Position numbers and translations under genes: made by a program | Notes under the pieces: model-generated | The model's database searches: none | What the model was told of the DNA's origin: nothing | Seen by the model: the letters and a program-made list of their open reading frames with translations, nothing else | NCBI GenBank assembly: GCA_051880635.1 | Contig: JBJEOI010000015.1 | Coordinates: forward strand, 536-64,535 | Direction of reading: 5' to 3' | DNA from: Acutalibacteraceae bacterium | GTDB taxonomy: Bacteria; Bacillota; Clostridia; Oscillospirales; Acutalibacteraceae | DNA length: 64,000 nucleotides | Shown: positions 43,978 to 52,630 of the stretch, piece after piece | How the letters are laid out: every line of letters begins with the position of its first letter | How positions within the stretch are numbered: the first letter of the stretch is position 1

Positions 43978-45987
43978 TCAGCAAAATGCTTCATCTTTAT
44001 ATGTTGAGACCATTCCCTCAACGACTCGTCTTATGTTTTCATCGTTTTCGTATGCGACCTTCATAAGATTTTCAAGACCCGAGAAAAATTCGTCGGCGTC
44101 AAACGGAATGGGACAGCCGATATGAATCAGCTTATTCGGCGTAGTTTTAAGCCCTTCTTCAGCCATAAGTTTTTCTTCATAGAGCTTTTCGCCGGGTCTC
44201 AGACCTGTATATTCAATCTTAATATCAACATCAGGTTTAAAGCCCGAAAGTTTGATAAGATTTCTCGCCAGTGTATCTATTTTAACGGGTGAGCCCATAT
44301 CAAGAACAAATATTTCTCCGCCGTGAGCGAAAGTTCCCGCTGTGAGCACAAGCGACACCGCTTCGGGTATTGTCATGAAATATCTGATAATATCAGGGTG
44401 TGTGACCGTGACGGGACCGCCGTTTTCTATCTGTTTCTTAAAAAGAGGTATTACCGAGCCGTTTGAGCCGAGAACATTACCGAATCTGACGGCAACAAAC
44501 TCTGTCTCAACCTTTTCGGGGAAATCACGCATAACCTCTTCGTCGGCTATATGAGTGAAGAGCTTAGGAATATCGCACGCTCTGTTTTCTTTTATTTTTC
44601 TGTCAAACGACTGAATAACCATTTCGCACAGACGCTTGCTTGCGCCCATGATATTTGTCGGATTAACCGCCTTGTCGGTGCTGATAAGGACAAACCGCTT
44701 ACAGCCGTTTGCCATGGCGGCATAAGCCGTCTTGTAGGTGCCGATAACATTGTTTTTTATAGCCTCACAGGGGCTGTCCTCCATAAGAGGGACATGCTTG
44801 TGAGCCGCCGCATGATAAACAATATCGGGGCGGTATTTGCTGAATATCCGGTCGAGTCTTCTTGAGTCTCTGACCGAACCGATAAGCGTAATAAGATTAA
44901 GCGACGGGTATTTTCTTTTCAGCTCCTGCTGAACCGAATAGGCGTTATTTTCATAAACGTCAAAAATGATAAGTGCTTTCGGGTTATGATGAGCTATCTG
45001 ACGGCAAAGCTCACTGCCTATTGAGCCGCCACCGCCCGTGACGAGAATAACCTTATCAAAAAGCGAAGTGAAAATTTCTTCGGCGTTGACTTCAATGGGG
45101 TCTCTGCCCAAAAGGTCTTCGACAGAGACATCTTTCATTGCGGCAACGGTGATATCGCCGTTGACAAGCTGATAAAAGCCCGGGAGGTTTTTGACCTCGC
45201 AGTCAGTTTCACTGCATATATTGAGAATATCTCTAAGCTCTGTTTTAGGTATGCTCGGAAGAGCGACATATATTTTGTTGATTTTATATTTTTCGACATT
45301 CAGAAGAATATCGTCTCTGCCGCCGACAATTGGAACACCGTCAATATATCTGTTCCATTTGTTCTTATTGTCGTCTATAATACAACATACCTTATCAAGC
45401 GATTTATCCGTTTTGGTAATATCACGAAGAAGAAGCTGACTCGCCTCGCCTGCGCCGACGAGCATAACCCTGCCCCTCTCTGACTTTGCGTTTGATTTTT
45501 CAAGGTGCTTGAGCTCAAGGAGAAGAAAGCGATATGAAAATCTTGCCGCAATAAGAAGAACAGCCTGAAAAAGCGCACCCCATAAATAATAGGAAACAGG
45601 CATTCTGCTGTAAGGTTCGCAGCCCCGCATCATGATTGTAATTATCACACTGTGCGCAAGAGAAGCCGTCAGACTGCCCAGAGCCGTTCTGACAAGCTCA
45701 TTATAGCTTGCAAAACGCCACACGCTGTTATACATTCTGAAAAAATAAAATATAATAACCGCAATCACTGAGTACACGGGTACCATTCTGCTGTAATAAG
45801 TCAGATAATCTTTCGGTATTGCCTCAAAAGAAGCGTCAAAGCGTATCCACAGTGAGATAAGATATGACAGATTGACTGCCACGATATCATAAGCCATCAG
45901 AAATAAGGCTATTATCTTCCAGTGTTCAATATGAAATTTTTTTCTTTTGCTGTCCCCTTTTTTCATATCGTACCTCACTTTTTTCAA
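43978..45987 (-). CDS. Membrane-bound UDP-GlcNAc 4,6-dehydratase (PglF/CapD-like)
   Basis: Four N-terminal TM helices, then 'VLVTGGGGSIGSELCRQI', 'YHAAAHKHVPLMEDSPCEAIKNNVIGT' and 'STDKAVNPTNIMGASKRLCE'. Confidence 0.88.
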   Translation of the reverse strand: MKKVRYDMKKGDSKRKKFHIEHWKIIALFLMAYDIVAVNLSYLISLWIRFDASFEAIPKDYLTYYSRMVPVYSVIAVIIFYFFRMYNSVWRFASYNELVRTALGSLTASLAHSVIITIMMRGCEPYSRMPVSYYLWGALFQAVLLIAARFSYRFLLLELKHLEKSNAKSERGRVMLVGAGEASQLLLRDITKTDKSLDKVCCIIDDNKNKWNRYIDGVPIVGGRDDILLNVEKYKINKIYVALPSIPKTELRDILNICSETDCEVKNLPGFYQLVNGDITVAAMKDVSVEDLLGRDPIEVNAEEIFTSLFDKVILVTGGGGSIGSELCRQIAHHNPKALIIFDVYENNAYSVQQELKRKYPSLNLITLIGSVRDSRRLDRIFSKYRPDIVYHAAAHKHVPLMEDSPCEAIKNNVIGTYKTAYAAMANGCKRFVLISTDKAVNPTNIMGASKRLCEMVIQSFDRKIKENRACDIPKLFTHIADEEVMRDFPEKVETEFVAVRFGNVLGSNGSVIPLFKKQIENGGPVTVTHPDIIRYFMTIPEAVSLVLTAGTFAHGGEIFVLDMGSPVKIDTLARNLIKLSGFKPDVDIKIEYTGLRPGEKLYEEKLMAEEGLKTTPNKLIHIGCPIPFDADEFFSGLENLMKVAYENDENIRRVVEGMVSTYKDEAFC

Positions 45988-47723
45988 ACTGTTATATCGT
46001 CATAATCATGAAGCTCTGACATTGTTCCGTCAGGGCATACCTTATATATCCTGTCGCAGTATTTCAGCATACTCTCACGGTGAGTGGTGATAATGCACGC
46101 TCTTGTCGGGTCGGAAACCATTATGTTTTCAAGCACCTTTTTCTCTGTTTCAACATCGAGCGCCGATGTCGCTTCGTCAAGCAGCAGTATCATTGAGTTT
46201 GTGAGCAGTGCTCTGGCTATAGAAATTCTCTGCGCCTGACCCTGAGAAAGGTTTGCCCCTCGCTCGCCGATAACGGTATTGACGCCGTCGGGCAGTTTTG
46301 AAACAAAGTCCCACAAATCCGCCGTTTCAAGCACGCTTCTGAGCTCCTCATCGGTTGCCTGCGGTCTGACCATACGGAGATTATCCGCTATTGTGCCCGT
46401 AAAAACATTCACACTCTGAGGCACATATGAACAAAACCGCCTTGTTGAATCCGATATATCAATCTGCTGTGACGACTCGCCCTCAATATACATTCTGCCT
46501 TTCTGAGGCTTCAGAAGCCCCAAAATGAGCTTCAGAACAGTGGTTTTGCCCTCGCCCGAGGGACCTATGAGCGCAATCGTCTCACCCGGATTTACACTGA
46601 AACAAATATCTCTGAGAACAGGTTCATCCGCATCCTTGAAAGTAAATGAAACATCTTCAAAATTAACGCTTACGCCGCTTGAAGCACTGCGTTTCTTCAA
46701 AAGAAGAGCTTTTTCTCTCTCTTCATCCTTTTCTTTTTCATAGCCTGTTATCTCCATTATTCTGCCTGCGGCTGTCGCAATTGACACCGCCGACGGAGCA
46801 AGAGAAGCAAGCGAATTGAAAGAAGAATTAAGAGTGCCTGAAATAGACAGAAACAGCGTCATTGTGCCGTAGGTTATTGCCCCCTGCCAAAGCCTGTAAA
46901 CTCCCCAGCCGTAGCATGCATACGACACGGCAGTGCCAAGCAGTGAGAGACACAAAGAAAGCAGAACGCTGAACTTTTCATAGCTCAGTCTCACTTTTCT
47001 GTAGTTTTCAAGAATTATTTTAAAATTAGCCGTATATTGCTTTGTCAAATCAAACGCTTTGATAACCTGAATGTTCTGCATGGATTCTTCCGAATATGAG
47101 AGAACCTTTCCGTTGAGCTCACGGCTCTCAAGATTGAATTTTCTCATAGTTTTAAGCAGAAACCGTGAAGACGCAAAGAGAATGGGCGCACTCATCAGCG
47201 CAAGCACAGCCATTGTCTTATCATAATAAAGCACTATCGCAAGAGCGCCGAAAAACTGAACCGAGCGTGTGATAAGATTCGGAATAAACCCTATGATGCC
47301 CGAGGAGACGGTGCTTGCGTCACCCTCAAGGCGGTTCAGAAGATCGCCCGAATGGAAAGAAGAAATATCCTCCCAGTTTGAGGTGACGACATTTGAATAA
47401 ATCTCCTGCCTTATCTCATTGTTCGTCTTTGTGCTGACCACTGCCGTCACCCATGAGGCAAGAGCCTGAAAAACATGACACATCACCGTAAGCCCCACGA
47501 CAAGACAGACAACGCCTAAAATCTTGTCGTCTGAGTGACTGACAACAGCGTCAATAAGTCTCTTTGTCGCAACCGAAGTGCCAAGCGACATCACGGTCGC
47601 AACAAGACCCAAAGCTATATAGAGAAAAATATTCAGTTTGTAGAGCTTAACATATTTCAGTATCCATAGCCACTCTCTTTTCATATTGACGAAAAGATCG
47701 CGATAGCTTTTTTTGTCTTTCAT
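45984..47723 (-). CDS. Type-I ABC exporter half-transporter (fused transmembrane and nucleotide-binding domains, TMD-NBD; MsbA/PglK-like)
   Basis: 579 aa. 6-TM N-terminal domain. Walker A 'GPSGEGKTT', signature 'LSQGQAQRISIARAL', Walker B 'ILLLDEATSALD'. ATGA overlap with the dehydratase gene. Confidence 0.85.
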   Translation of the reverse strand: MKDKKSYRDLFVNMKREWLWILKYVKLYKLNIFLYIALGLVATVMSLGTSVATKRLIDAVVSHSDDKILGVVCLVVGLTVMCHVFQALASWVTAVVSTKTNNEIRQEIYSNVVTSNWEDISSFHSGDLLNRLEGDASTVSSGIIGFIPNLITRSVQFFGALAIVLYYDKTMAVLALMSAPILFASSRFLLKTMRKFNLESRELNGKVLSYSEESMQNIQVIKAFDLTKQYTANFKIILENYRKVRLSYEKFSVLLSLCLSLLGTAVSYACYGWGVYRLWQGAITYGTMTLFLSISGTLNSSFNSLASLAPSAVSIATAAGRIMEITGYEKEKDEEREKALLLKKRSASSGVSVNFEDVSFTFKDADEPVLRDICFSVNPGETIALIGPSGEGKTTVLKLILGLLKPQKGRMYIEGESSQQIDISDSTRRFCSYVPQSVNVFTGTIADNLRMVRPQATDEELRSVLETADLWDFVSKLPDGVNTVIGERGANLSQGQAQRISIARALLTNSMILLLDEATSALDVETEKKVLENIMVSDPTRACIITTHRESMLKYCDRIYKVCPDGTMSELHDYDDITV

Positions 47724-47732
47724 CGGTATGCC

Positions 47733-49256
47733 TTAATTATCCTTACTTCTGCGTTTTTGTCTTTTTTCTTTCTTATCTTCGCCGTAGCCGTAACCGTAAC
47801 CGTATTTGCCGTAGCCATAACCGTACCTGCCGTAACGCTTATATCCGTAGCCGTAACCGTAACCGTAGCCGTAGTTTTCACCATAGCCCGATGCGCCCGA
47901 CATTGCGCCGTTGAGAACGCACCCGAGAACATTTACGTCTGTTGAGAGAAGTCCGTCAAGTCCGTTTCTTATTCTTGAAATTCTGACCGTATCCTGAAGA
48001 ATAACATAAAGAGCGGCGTCGGTCGCCTGAGCTATAAGTATAGTATCGGAAACAAGCCCGCAGGGCGGTGTATCGACAAGAACATAATCATAATTATCTC
48101 TGACGCTGTCAAAAACAGCCTTGAGGTCATCTCTTTTGATGTATTTCCACGGCTTATCCTTATCATCAATAAGATTGAGAAGGGATACATTGTATTTGTC
48201 AATGAATGAAATCTTGAAATTGCTTTTCATGACCGAATATTCAAGCTCTTTCTCATCTATTCCGAGACAATCACATACACTCGGATTTCTGAGGTCGGCT
48301 TCAACAAGAAGAACCTTTTTGCCAAGGTCGGCGAGCGAAATAGCAAGGTTCACGACAACCGTTGTTTTGCCTTCGCCCGGAGCGGTACTCGTGACCATAA
48401 CAACCTTATTTTCCTTGCCCAGTGCATGAACAAAGGTATTTCGGAAAACTCTCAGCGATTCGAGAAAGCCGCTTCCGACACGGTCGTTTGTCAGAAGAAT
48501 TGACTTATCAATCGCTTTTTTATATTTCTTGAATGTAACCTGAGGCAGAGTGCCGATTACGGTTCTGTTAAGAGTATTCTTTATGTCATCTCTTGTTCTT
48601 ATGGTTTTTCTCTGAACGGCATAAATGACAATCAGAACAGCCCACAGGAGAAAACCGACAGCGGCGCCCATGAACGTGTCGTCCTTATACGCAAGTTTGT
48701 TGACGGGAGTTGCAGGAACCTTTGGCTCGGTAATCATAGTGAACTTTATGTTGCCGACGACATATCTTGCAACATCGGGGTAATTTTTTATAGCCGACAT
48801 CAGAATGTCATATGTGAGTTGAGGGTCTGAGCCTTTTGCCGTCATTGTGAACATATTCGAGTTTGTGACAGAGCTTGCGCTCAGCGAAACAGGAATATAT
48901 TCTATTTTTAAATCCTCTTTAATTGCGTCATGGAGAAGATTGCTCCCGAGAATATATGGGAATGTGTCGGAAAGCTGAGCGGCAGTGTTTGCGTCATAAT
49001 AAAATGAATAAACAGAAATTCCGCCATCGGTGAGAGTGCTCTTCTGCGTGCTTATTGTAAATGTAGCCGAACAGCTGTAGGAGGGAACAAATTTGACATA
49101 GCTGTTATAAAATCTGTAACCGCCGAATGCGGCAATAAGGATTATACAGACCCACCAGAATTTTCTTATCCCTTTCCATATATCACTGAGATAAATCGAA
49201 GAAAACAAACCGCCTTCTTTTTCGATATTATCGTTTGATTTTTCCTGATTGCTCAT
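47733..49256 (-). CDS. Fused Wzz-like modulator + bacterial tyrosine (BY) kinase (Wzc architecture), copy 2, with Gly-Tyr repeat tail
   Basis: Two TM helices bracket an extracellular domain. Walker A 'TSTAPGEGKTT', A' 'VLLVEADLRNP', B 'YVLVDTPP'. The C-terminus 'GYGENYGYGYGYGYGYKRYGRYGYGYGKYGYGYGYG' has 15 Tyr in 36 aa and is followed by a basic tail. Confidence 0.85.
   Translation of the reverse strand: MSNQEKSNDNIEKEGGLFSSIYLSDIWKGIRKFWWVCIILIAAFGGYRFYNSYVKFVPSYSCSATFTISTQKSTLTDGGISVYSFYYDANTAAQLSDTFPYILGSNLLHDAIKEDLKIEYIPVSLSASSVTNSNMFTMTAKGSDPQLTYDILMSAIKNYPDVARYVVGNIKFTMITEPKVPATPVNKLAYKDDTFMGAAVGFLLWAVLIVIYAVQRKTIRTRDDIKNTLNRTVIGTLPQVTFKKYKKAIDKSILLTNDRVGSGFLESLRVFRNTFVHALGKENKVVMVTSTAPGEGKTTVVVNLAISLADLGKKVLLVEADLRNPSVCDCLGIDEKELEYSVMKSNFKISFIDKYNVSLLNLIDDKDKPWKYIKRDDLKAVFDSVRDNYDYVLVDTPPCGLVSDTILIAQATDAALYVILQDTVRISRIRNGLDGLLSTDVNVLGCVLNGAMSGASGYGENYGYGYGYGYGYKRYGRYGYGYGKYGYGYGYGEDKKEKRQKRRSKDN
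47781..47888 (-). repeat. Imperfect hexanucleotide tandem repeat (CCGTAR on the + strand) encoding the (GY)n tail
   Basis: Plus strand reads gccgtagccgtaaccgtaaccgtatttgccgtagccataaccgtacctgccgtaacgcttatatccgtagccgtaaccgtaaccgtagccgtag. Confidence 0.8.
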
Positions 49257-50818
49257 GATGAAACACCCCCATTCTCATCTGATGAAAATGAAGCGGTCTC
49301 AAACATCGGTCCCTCTTCAAAAATATCATCGACGCCGGCGTATCTGCCGTATTTTCCGTAGCGACCGTATTTGCCGTATTTCGAATATTTGCCGTATCTG
49401 CCGTAGCGGCCGTAGCCTTTTGAGTAATAGTACCCGCCCTCGTCAAAGCCGCTCTGACCAAACAGTGAAAATTCGGGATAGACGTCGTTAAAAATACAGC
49501 CCGCTAAATCGCCGCCGACTTCTTTAATTGTGAGAATGGCGTCGTTTATTGAAGCGGTGTGAACAACGTCGCTTCTGACAACAAGGATAGTCTTATCGAC
49601 TATTTCGACTATGTTTGTTACGGCGGCGTCAACCGAAAGCGGCGCAGTGTCGATAATTACATAGTCAACCTTATCTTTAACAATGTCAAGCACCCTCTTG
49701 ATTGCTCCGCTTTCATACCATTTACGGTATTCTTTATGAGGCTTCGTGTTAAGACCGAGAAACAGCCCCGTTTTCTTATAACGCCTGAAAAGGTATTTTT
49801 CGGGAGGAATCTTGCCCGAGAGAAGATCCCCGAGTTCAGCTTCTTCTTTGAAATCGGCTTCGAAAATTTTATATAATGCGGGCTTCTTTTCGTCAAGGTC
49901 AAGAAGAAGAACCTTGTTGCCCCGGCTTGCAAGTGAAATGGCAATATTTGAAGCCGTTGTCGATTTGCCTTCGTTTTCGGCCACGCTGGTGATTAAGAAT
50001 ACCTTATCGCCGTTTCGCTTTTTCATATATTCGAGCTTTGCCGTGATTTTATGGTAGCTCTCGGTGAATTTCAGACTTGTGAAAGCGTTTTCGTGAATAA
50101 GAAGCGCTTTTTTCTTTTTTAAGTCTCTTATAGGTCTTTTCTTTTTTTCATGAACAACCGTGCCCAGAAGCTTTGCGTCAACCTTATTATAGAAAGAGGC
50201 TTCATCTTTAACTGTGTCTCTGAATATTGAAAGCAGAATAATTGCCGCAACGGATGCAAGCGCACAGCCCATAACAATAAGCCGCTTGTTCATCTTTGAA
50301 AACGAATTTGACGGCGAATGAGGTATTGACGGTGACTTTATGACATTCAGAACAGCGTTTGAAAACACCTTATCCGATATTTCGGGATAAACCTCAATAA
50401 CAGAGCAGAGAAGCTCATATGAGTTCTGAGGGTCGTCTGACACAACATTGAGCTGCATGAGGTTTGTGCCCTCCATAACAGAGGCTGAAAGCGTTCCGTT
50501 AAAGCTGCTTTTGCCGAGGTTTGCGGCGGCTCTTGATCTCATTGACGGCTGCTGAAAGATTTCGGAAAGAACCTTTGTCATTTCTGAAGAAACAGCAAGG
50601 TTAGCGTACGATGAATAGTTGCCGACCTTTGCGTTGACAACAAATGTCGCCGTGCTTGTGTATTCGGGTGAATAGACGCTGTGCTGAATAATAAAAGCGC
50701 CCATAAGCCCGATAAGAACAGCTTCGATAACCACAACGGCATTTCTCAGAAGGTCTCTGAAAATACTGTGCCATTCAACTGTAAAACTTGTGTTTTGTTT
50801 ATTGTTTTCCATTATCAT
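49253..50818 (-). CDS. Fused Wzz-like modulator + BY-kinase (Wzc architecture), copy 1, with Tyr-rich tail and acidic extension
   Basis: Two TM helices. Walker A 'TSVAENEGKSTT', A' 'VLLLDLDEKKP', B 'YVIIDTAP'. The tail 'GGYYYSKGYGRYGRYGKYSKYGKYGRYGKYGRY' has 12 Tyr and is followed by a 26-aa acidic C-terminus. ATGA overlap with copy 2. Confidence 0.85.
   Translation of the reverse strand: MIMENNKQNTSFTVEWHSIFRDLLRNAVVVIEAVLIGLMGAFIIQHSVYSPEYTSTATFVVNAKVGNYSSYANLAVSSEMTKVLSEIFQQPSMRSRAAANLGKSSFNGTLSASVMEGTNLMQLNVVSDDPQNSYELLCSVIEVYPEISDKVFSNAVLNVIKSPSIPHSPSNSFSKMNKRLIVMGCALASVAAIILLSIFRDTVKDEASFYNKVDAKLLGTVVHEKKKRPIRDLKKKKALLIHENAFTSLKFTESYHKITAKLEYMKKRNGDKVFLITSVAENEGKSTTASNIAISLASRGNKVLLLDLDEKKPALYKIFEADFKEEAELGDLLSGKIPPEKYLFRRYKKTGLFLGLNTKPHKEYRKWYESGAIKRVLDIVKDKVDYVIIDTAPLSVDAAVTNIVEIVDKTILVVRSDVVHTASINDAILTIKEVGGDLAGCIFNDVYPEFSLFGQSGFDEGGYYYSKGYGRYGRYGKYSKYGKYGRYGKYGRYAGVDDIFEEGPMFETASFSSDENGGVSS
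49340..49438 (-). repeat. Imperfect 12-15-nt tandem repeat encoding the (R/K)YG(K/R)Y tail
   Basis: Plus strand reads ctgccgtattttccgtagcgaccgtatttgccgtatttcgaatatttgccgtatctgccgtagcggccgtagcc. Confidence 0.7.
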
Positions 50819-51636
50819 TACTCCACGACAACCGTCAGAACGGTATGCCCTTTTCTTTCCATTTCATCTGTAGCGTAATAGTGGACGGAATAAACGCCTT
50901 CTTCATCGGGGTTAAATTCGGTCTGAATTATAACCTCAAGGTCTATATCTTCACCTGAGGTATCAGTAACAGCCTTTATATACTTCTCAAAGTCGGGTGT
51001 TTTCCCTTTCTTTGAATAGATAAGGTATTTGCTCAGCTCGATTATCGGAGCGCTTGTGCTGCTCTGTTCGACAATAAGCGGAAGCTCTAATGAAACCGTG
51101 TCGCCCTTACTGTTCGTAACCTTGGCAGTGAGCGAAAATGTACCCGTGATACCGCTTTCGAAGTTTTCCGAAGTGATAATCACGTTATTGCTGATATCGC
51201 CGTCGATATAATCCGTTGCGCCGATAATGCCTGAAATATTGACATATTTATTGACTGAAAAGCAAAGTGAAGAATTCATATAGAACACGGGCGGCTTATA
51301 GCCCTTGTATTTTATTTTTCTTGTCGCTGTAGCCACATGGTGGTCGTTATCGCAAACGGCATAAGTGACGATACAGATTCCCTTTTCGGTGAATTTCGAA
51401 ACGGATTCGATTATTATCCTGTCGGTTATGTCGCCGTCCTTTAAGTCGTATGCCGTAACGCCCTTAAGCAGTTCTTCGTCGGTGACACCGGGCTTTACCT
51501 CAAGCGTTGCTTCTTCAACCGTAATCGTCGGGTATGTTTTATCCGCACTGATGTTATCGGTGTAGAAGATGTAAGCAAAAACAAAACACACTGCACAGAA
51601 AGCAACAGCGACGACTATTCTCAAAACTCTCATCAT
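50818..51636 (-). CDS. Membrane-anchored protein with about three Ig-like (DUF5011-type) repeats
   Basis: N-terminal TM helix 'IVVAVAFCAVCFVFAYIF'. Repeated pattern 'GVTAYDLKDGDITDRIII...VTYAVCDNDHH', 'ATDYIDGDISNNVII', 'EGVYSVHYYATDEMER'. Confidence 0.55.
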   Translation of the reverse strand: MMRVLRIVVAVAFCAVCFVFAYIFYTDNISADKTYPTITVEEATLEVKPGVTDEELLKGVTAYDLKDGDITDRIIIESVSKFTEKGICIVTYAVCDNDHHVATATRKIKYKGYKPPVFYMNSSLCFSVNKYVNISGIIGATDYIDGDISNNVIITSENFESGITGTFSLTAKVTNSKGDTVSLELPLIVEQSSTSAPIIELSKYLIYSKKGKTPDFEKYIKAVTDTSGEDIDLEVIIQTEFNPDEEGVYSVHYYATDEMERKGHTVLTVVVE

Positions 51637-51657
51637 AATTAAATAACTCCTGTCAGA

Positions 51658-52389
51658 TCAATAAGTATTAACCTTTTTATCGGCAATTACGAGTCTCGGA
51701 TTCTCTTCAAAAATCATCTGAGCATAGCTGAACGAGAAGACTTCGCTGACTTCTTCGTGCGCAGCGCTCATATCAGGAGTGCGCATATAAGGCGAATGAG
51801 CGTCGCTTGCGACAAAATCGACAAGCCTTTGGTCAAGCAAGCGGTATGCATTGTGTCTTGCCCGCAAGCCGAAGCCGCCCGAAAGACTGCCCTTATTCAT
51901 CTGAATGAGTGCGCCAAGCGCCTTCATTTTTATTACAGCATCCTCTTCTTCGCTGACAAACGCATACCTCTCGGGATGCGCCACTATAGGCACACAGCCC
52001 ATTGAAACAAGCTGAGAAATCTTTCTGTAAGCCGAGGCGGCATATTCATGAAAGTCAAATTCAATCAGCGCATACCTTGAATTATTTATCGTGATAAGCT
52101 TGCCCTCCTCGAGAAGCTCGGGAGTTCTGCCGGTGCAGAAAATCTCCTGACCGCAGAAAACCTTAACGGGCAGATTTTGCTCTTTTATTGCGTTTCTGAG
52201 TGTTCTTACCTTTTCGGAAAGCTCTCTCCCCCAATAATTTTCATATGAATCAGGTACGTTGCAGTGAGGCGTTGCAACAATAGCTTCGGTGCCGTTATCA
52301 TATGCAAATTTCACCATTTTTATAGATTCTTCAAGGCTGTCCGAGCCGTCGTCAACGTCATATAAAATATGGCAATGAATATCGTACAT
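51658..52389 (-). CDS. cpsB: PHP-family protein-tyrosine phosphatase (CpsB/Wzh-like); first gene of the locus
   Basis: 'MYDIHCHILYDVDDGSDSLEESIKM', 'VATPHCN', 'IVAHPERY', 'ASDAHS'. These are the metal-binding His/Asp motifs of CpsB. GGAGGT SD. Confidence 0.85.
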   Translation of the reverse strand: MYDIHCHILYDVDDGSDSLEESIKMVKFAYDNGTEAIVATPHCNVPDSYENYWGRELSEKVRTLRNAIKEQNLPVKVFCGQEIFCTGRTPELLEEGKLITINNSRYALIEFDFHEYAASAYRKISQLVSMGCVPIVAHPERYAFVSEEEDAVIKMKALGALIQMNKGSLSGGFGLRARHNAYRLLDQRLVDFVASDAHSPYMRTPDMSAAHEEVSEVFSFSYAQMIFEENPRLVIADKKVNTY

Positions 52390-52452
52390 ATATTACCTCC
52401 GTAAAAAACGTAATTTCTGCGTTTTTGGGCATAGTTATAATTAAACACATTA

Positions 52453-52481
52453 ATTATATATCATTCATGTCGAAAATTCAA
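52453..52481 (-). promoter_or_regulatory. Candidate promoter of the polysaccharide super-operon
   Basis: Minus strand: TTGAAT (52481-52476), 17-nt spacer, TATAAT (52458-52453). It lies 64 nt upstream of the cpsB ATG, just downstream of the PqqD-operon terminator. Confidence 0.55.
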
Positions 52482-52596
52482 CATTTTTCGTGCAATATGA
52501 AATAGTAATTCATAGAAAAATTAATTTTTTTAAGAACAAAAGCAACAGTTTGTCTAAATTCTGTGGTTTTTAATCTAAAGCCGGGACGCAGAGCAG

Positions 52597-52624
52597 AAAA
52601 AAGCCGCCGATAAACAACGGCAGC
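52597..52624 (-). terminator. Rho-independent terminator after the PqqD gene
   Basis: Minus strand: GCUGCCG, loop UUGUUUAU, CGGCGGC (7 bp including one G-U pair), followed by UUUUUU. Confidence 0.6.
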
Positions 52625-52630
52625 TAAAAA

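Noticed and set aside
47720-47945. ORFs 47720-47932 (-) and 47757-47945 (+) with 'TVTVTATA' repeats, plus 49228-49461 and 49249-49491 with 'TANTA...' or 'RICRI' repeats.
   Set aside because: They are alternate-frame or opposite-strand read-outs of the Gly-Tyr-coding tandem repeats at the 3' ends of the two kinase genes. They are not independent genes.
47781-49438. Short tandem DNA repeats considered as a possible CRISPR or minisatellite locus.
   Set aside because: Repeat units are 6-15 nt with no spacers. They lie inside well-supported CDS, in frame, encoding the BY-kinase Tyr clusters.
52390-52630. Intergenic region after PqqD searched for a trailing precursor peptide or an RNA element.
   Set aside because: Only 4-29-codon ORFs without SD are present. 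The region is explained by a terminator (52597-52624) and the next promoter (52453-52481).
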